From positions 3,904,001 through 3,968,000 of the forward strand of contig OZ220696.1 in the NCBI GenBank assembly GCA_965116495.1: a stretch of 64,000 nt of DNA, in the 5' to 3' direction. Within the stretch, counting starts at the first letter, position 1. Every line of letters begins with the position of its first letter. Source of the DNA: Gammaproteobacteria bacterium (GTDB taxonomy: Bacteria > Pseudomonadota > Gammaproteobacteria > Eutrophobiales > Eutrophobiaceae). Shown here piece after piece: positions 60,503 to 64,000 of this stretch. Below the pieces are notes generated by a model. The model ran no database searches. It was given only the letters and a program-made list of their open reading frames with translations, and was not told the origin of the DNA. A program made the position numbers and the translations under genes.

Positions 60503-60562
60503 GTTATGAGTCTTGAAAAACTGGATGTAGTCCATGCCGTAACCGTGTTGGCGCATCTCTGG

Positions 60563-62089
60563 TCAGTGTGTAACGCCTGCAACCCGCGTGGTGAATTCGC
60601 TGAAAGAAGCCGCAAGTATGTCCGCTTCGGACCAGTTATCCCGGTTAAATTCCCTGACGAGTTTCCGGTCCGATAATACAAGTATGCGATCGCTTACCAG
60701 CATGATCTCTTCAATCTCGCTTGATGTGAATAATATGGTTTTCCCCTTGTCCCGCAAATCATGGACGAGGTTGTAGATGGTGTTTTTCGCGCCCACGTCG
60801 ATCCCTCTCGTGGGTTCGTCAAACAGCAATATGTCCGCTTCGCAGTGCAGCCAGCGTGCGATAAGCACTTTCTGTTGATTCCCCCCGCTGAGCTGGTCTA
60901 TATCCTGGCCCAGACCCTGGCATTTAATGTCCAGCGCCCCGGCCAGTTCGTCGCCTGCTTGTTTTTCGCGGCTGTAATCCAGCAGGGTTAATGGTGTCAA
61001 TCCACGTGTAGCGCCCGGGATCATCATATTCGTCAGAATTGAGTGGCCTGAAAATAACCCCATGGACTGCCGGTCTTCACCCAGGTATGCCATCCCTGCC
61101 GTTATTGCCGTGGTCGGGTTCCTGATCCCTGTTTTTCCATGGGCAGTATGCCGAGTGATACTGCCTCCTGCCAGTGGAGTCAAGCCGAACAGTGCATTGA
61201 GTAATTCGCTGCGTCCGGAGCCGGACAGGCCGGAGATACCGATTACTTCCCCTGCGCGGCACGAAAAACTTATTTCATGGGGCAGACCTGCGCTGGTTAT
61301 GCGCTTGACTTCCAGGACAACCGGGCGGCTTGCTGCCGGCGCGGGTGACCTGCTGTTTTGCTGGTGGATATGGCCACTCATATATTCCATGAGCCGCGCC
61401 ACACTCAGAGTCTTTGCCGGCGCGCTCGTTATGATTCGTCCGTCCCTGAGCACCGTGACCGTATCGGATACTTCAAGCACGTCCCGCAACCGGTGGCTGA
61501 TGTATATTACCGATGTGCCTGAATTCGCCACGTCAGTAATGACCTTGTGCAGGTGGGCGGTCTGCGGCGCCGTGAGCGCAGCCGTCGGTTCATCCAGGAT
61601 CAACACCTTGCAATCCATGCAAAGCGCCTTGGCCAGTTCCACCAGTTGGCGTTCGGCAATGCCCAGTGTTTCCGTTCTTGTATCCGGACTGAGATGGTCA
61701 AGACCGACAACCCGGAGCAATGACCGTGCCTGTCGTTCAAGATCCTGTTTCAATATTACGGAACGGTATTGAGGTAATTTCCTCAGCGCGATGTTTTCCG
61801 CGACACTGAGCGTATCAACCAGGCTGAATTCCTGGGTGGCACAGGATATGCCGGCGTTGAACGCATCCCTGGGGCCGGCCGGTTCGTAATCTGTTTCATC
61901 AAGAACGATTTTGCCGCTGTCCTTGTGCAGAAAGCCTGCGAGAATACTGCCCAGGGTTGTTTTGCCGGCGCCGTTTTCGCCTACGACCGCGTGTATTTCG
62001 CCGCGTGCGATGGTCAGGGTGATACCGGTAAGAACGGGCGTTGAAAACGACTTGTTGAGGTTCGAAATACGTAAACGGGCAGATGCCAT
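60563..62089 (-). CDS. rbsA: Ribose-type ABC transporter ATPase
   Basis: GENGAGKT, LDEPT, ISHRL, LSGGNQQK, DEPTRGIDVGAK. Confidence 0.9.
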   Translation of the reverse strand: MASARLRISNLNKSFSTPVLTGITLTIARGEIHAVVGENGAGKTTLGSILAGFLHKDSGKIVLDETDYEPAGPRDAFNAGISCATQEFSLVDTLSVAENIALRKLPQYRSVILKQDLERQARSLLRVVGLDHLSPDTRTETLGIAERQLVELAKALCMDCKVLILDEPTAALTAPQTAHLHKVITDVANSGTSVIYISHRLRDVLEVSDTVTVLRDGRIITSAPAKTLSVARLMEYMSGHIHQQNSRSPAPAASRPVVLEVKRITSAGLPHEISFSCRAGEVIGISGLSGSGRSELLNALFGLTPLAGGSITRHTAHGKTGIRNPTTAITAGMAYLGEDRQSMGLFSGHSILTNMMIPGATRGLTPLTLLDYSREKQAGDELAGALDIKCQGLGQDIDQLSGGNQQKVLIARWLHCEADILLFDEPTRGIDVGAKNTIYNLVHDLRDKGKTILFTSSEIEEIMLVSDRILVLSDRKLVREFNRDNWSEADILAASFSEFTTRVAGVTH

Positions 62090-62096
62090 CTCCCGG

Positions 62097-63068
62097 TTAC
62101 TCTACGGAGACCCTGGTTACCAGGTCCAGGGGGGTAGTTTTATCTGCTATTGTCGAACCGGAAGATAATGCCTCAAGTGCATATTCGATGCCATACACGG
62201 CCAGTAAATCTGCATGCTGATCGATGGTTGCCAGTACTTCTTCTGCCCTGATGAGGTTATGGATTGCGGAAATATTGTCGAAACCGACTATTTTTATCCC
62301 GCCCTTCTTCCCGGCCTGGGCAACAGCCGCCGCGGCGCCCAGGGCCATGTTGTCGTTTGCGCACAGGATGGCCGCCAGGTCAGGATGTTGTACCAGCATG
62401 GCCGCCGTTACCGTCACCGCCAAGGTCTGGTCCCATTGGGCACTCTGTTGCGCCACGATATCCATTCCCGCATCGGTCATTGCCTTGCGCAACCCGGCCG
62501 TACGCCGTTGCGAGTTAAAAGCAGTAGGTACGCCTTCAAGTATGGCGACCTGGTCGCCGGCGTTCAGTTTTGACACAAGGTATTTGCCGACTGTCTCAGC
62601 GCCCTGGAAATTGTCCGGTCCGACAAACGGAATTTCAAGGTCATATTCGCTGAGTACCTTTTTTTCCAGCCGGTTGTCTATATTGATAATGGCAATCCCT
62701 GCGGAATGCGCTCTCGCCAGTGCGGGGACAACCGCCTTGGAGTCAGCCGGTGCGATCACAATGGCGTCCACCCTGGAGGCAATCATCTGGTCGATCAGGG
62801 CAACCTGCTGGGCGAGGTCAACCTCATTCTTTATGCCGTTGATGATCAGGTTGTAACGCTCTTGGTTCGCGGCCTGGTGTGCCTTTGCCCCTTCCGCCAT
62901 GGTGACGAAAAATTCATTTGCGAGGGATTTCATTACCAGCGCAATCACCGGGCGTTCCTTGTCCAGGCTGCCCTGGCCGGCACCCCGGCCTGTCCGTTCA
63001 GGGTCGCCGCAGGAAATGACGACCAATAAGCAAAGTGCCGCCGTTACGGCGCTCTTTGTGTGTTGCAT
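62097..63068 (-). CDS. rbsB: Sugar ABC substrate-binding lipoprotein
   Basis: Lipobox VISC; KSLANEFF, APADS, CANDNMALG, VGFD; ribose specificity inferred from context only. Confidence 0.8.
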   Translation of the reverse strand: MQHTKSAVTAALCLLVVISCGDPERTGRGAGQGSLDKERPVIALVMKSLANEFFVTMAEGAKAHQAANQERYNLIINGIKNEVDLAQQVALIDQMIASRVDAIVIAPADSKAVVPALARAHSAGIAIINIDNRLEKKVLSEYDLEIPFVGPDNFQGAETVGKYLVSKLNAGDQVAILEGVPTAFNSQRRTAGLRKAMTDAGMDIVAQQSAQWDQTLAVTVTAAMLVQHPDLAAILCANDNMALGAAAAVAQAGKKGGIKIVGFDNISAIHNLIRAEEVLATIDQHADLLAVYGIEYALEALSSGSTIADKTTPLDLVTRVSVE

Positions 63069-63345
63069 GATAAACCCGGGAAGCTGTCTGTACAGTTGGT
63101 TTGTTATATAGTCTGATCTTTCCGCCGGACCAGGTCCACAGCTGTTGAGGATAATCGATCATATCATGCTGCCTGCCGGTCGAACACAGCGGAAGGCATG
63201 TGACTTCTTGGCAGGCGCCTGAGGAATTCATGACATGGCCCCACTATGCTAAACTCCGGTCATCTGTCGTGTCCCGGGCAGCAGGCGGCATCCAGTTGAA
63301 CCGGCCGGCCGTGAATCTACCGCAAAACCAAAGTCAGACATCATT

Positions 63346-64000
63346 ATGAAACCCGGACGGGTAATAGTAGTCGGCGCTATAAATATCGATATGGTTATTA
63401 CCGCGCCGCATCTTCCCGCCCCGGGCGAGACAGTCGTCGGCGACGGGTTACAGGTGTTCGGGGGTGGTAAAGGGGCAAATGCTGCGGTGGCCGCCGCCCG
63501 CGCCGGCGCAGATGTAATGCTGGTTGGCGCAGTCGGCGCCGACGAGACCGGTAACCAGGCGCTCGCGTTATTGCAGAGTGACGGCGTTGATACCAGCGGG
63601 GTAGACGCGCTCACCGGCGAACCGACCGGCACGGCGTTAATCGTTGTTGATGAGCAGGGTGAAAATCAAATCGCGTTGGGTCCGGGTGCAAATCATGCGG
63701 TATCACCGGAACATGTACGCACCGTTTTAGCCGGTTTAATGCCCGTTGCCGATCTGGTACTGGTGAGTACGGAAATTCAATACGGCGCGGTAGCCGCAGC
63801 TATTTCCGCGGCGCAGACAGCAGGGGTGGCGTGTGTACTGAATCCTGCGCCGGTTGTTTCCGGGCTCATTGATTTATTGCCTTTGCGCCCTGTGCTTACG
63901 CCGAATGAAATTGAACTGGGTGAACTGGTTCATGACATTACCGGCTCTCCGGCAAAAGGCGAGGGTGATGAAGTGATTACGGAGAACCTCCGTATTTTAA
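63346..64000 (+). CDS. rbsK: Ribokinase (partial, runs off the window)
   Basis: Manual translation: MKPGRVIVVGAINIDMV..PGETV..GGKGANAAVAAAR..LNPAP..TPNE. Confidence 0.88.
   Translation, partial: MKPGRVIVVGAINIDMVITAPHLPAPGETVVGDGLQVFGGGKGANAAVAAARAGADVMLVGAVGADETGNQALALLQSDGVDTSGVDALTGEPTGTALIVVDEQGENQIALGPGANHAVSPEHVRTVLAGLMPVADLVLVSTEIQYGAVAAAISAAQTAGVACVLNPAPVVSGLIDLLPLRPVLTPNEIELGELVHDITGSPAKGEGDEVITENLRIL

Noticed and set aside
60272-60556. 94-aa ORF as an independent gene
   Set aside because: Mostly translated MITE sequence; explained as the orphaned rbsC N-terminus reading into the element.
63150-63166. Possible LacI-type operator GATAATCGATCATATC between rbsB and rbsK
   Set aside because: Weak symmetry and no LacI gene in the window.
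1-64000. CRISPR array, tRNA/rRNA, intact transposase, Sec/Pyl readthrough
   Set aside because: No regularly spaced repeats, RNA-gene signatures or transposase ORFs seen; both Mo enzymes are uninterrupted ORFs.

Overview
Bacterial chromosome segment, most likely a Gammaproteobacterium (Pseudomonas-type double-ATP-cone NrdAB, MetZ, three TonB receptors). 1-9.2 kb holds conserved genes: the H4MPT/methylofuran C1-cofactor genes orf9-pabB-orf21, nrdAB with tandem NrdR boxes, and lpdA. Next come a lipoprotein-M48-lipoprotein operon, a chain of defence-gene fragments, padBCD-like Mo-enzyme genes, a VapBC-type TA pair, and metZ under a SAM-II riboswitch with a terminator. A ~25 kb catabolic island (30-55.5 kb) carries 3 acetoacetate-decarboxylase-like paralogs, 2 LLM paralogs, a Mo-oxidoreductase, Rieske oxygenase, Tat-exported SpdH-like flavoprotein, cytochrome c-PQQ dehydrogenase, VOC protein, aminotransferase, ALDH and SDRs. 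Its promoters share an A-N-W-W-TAGGCCA motif, three times as pairs 121-123 bp apart. The window ends with Fic, AAA-DUF4143, a ParE fragment and a ribose-type ABC operon plus ribokinase. Two small palindromic insertions (padB/padC junction; rbsC 5' end) are built so that downstream translation can be preserved. No rRNA, tRNA, CRISPR or intact transposase was seen. All family calls come from motif recognition by eye, not database searches.
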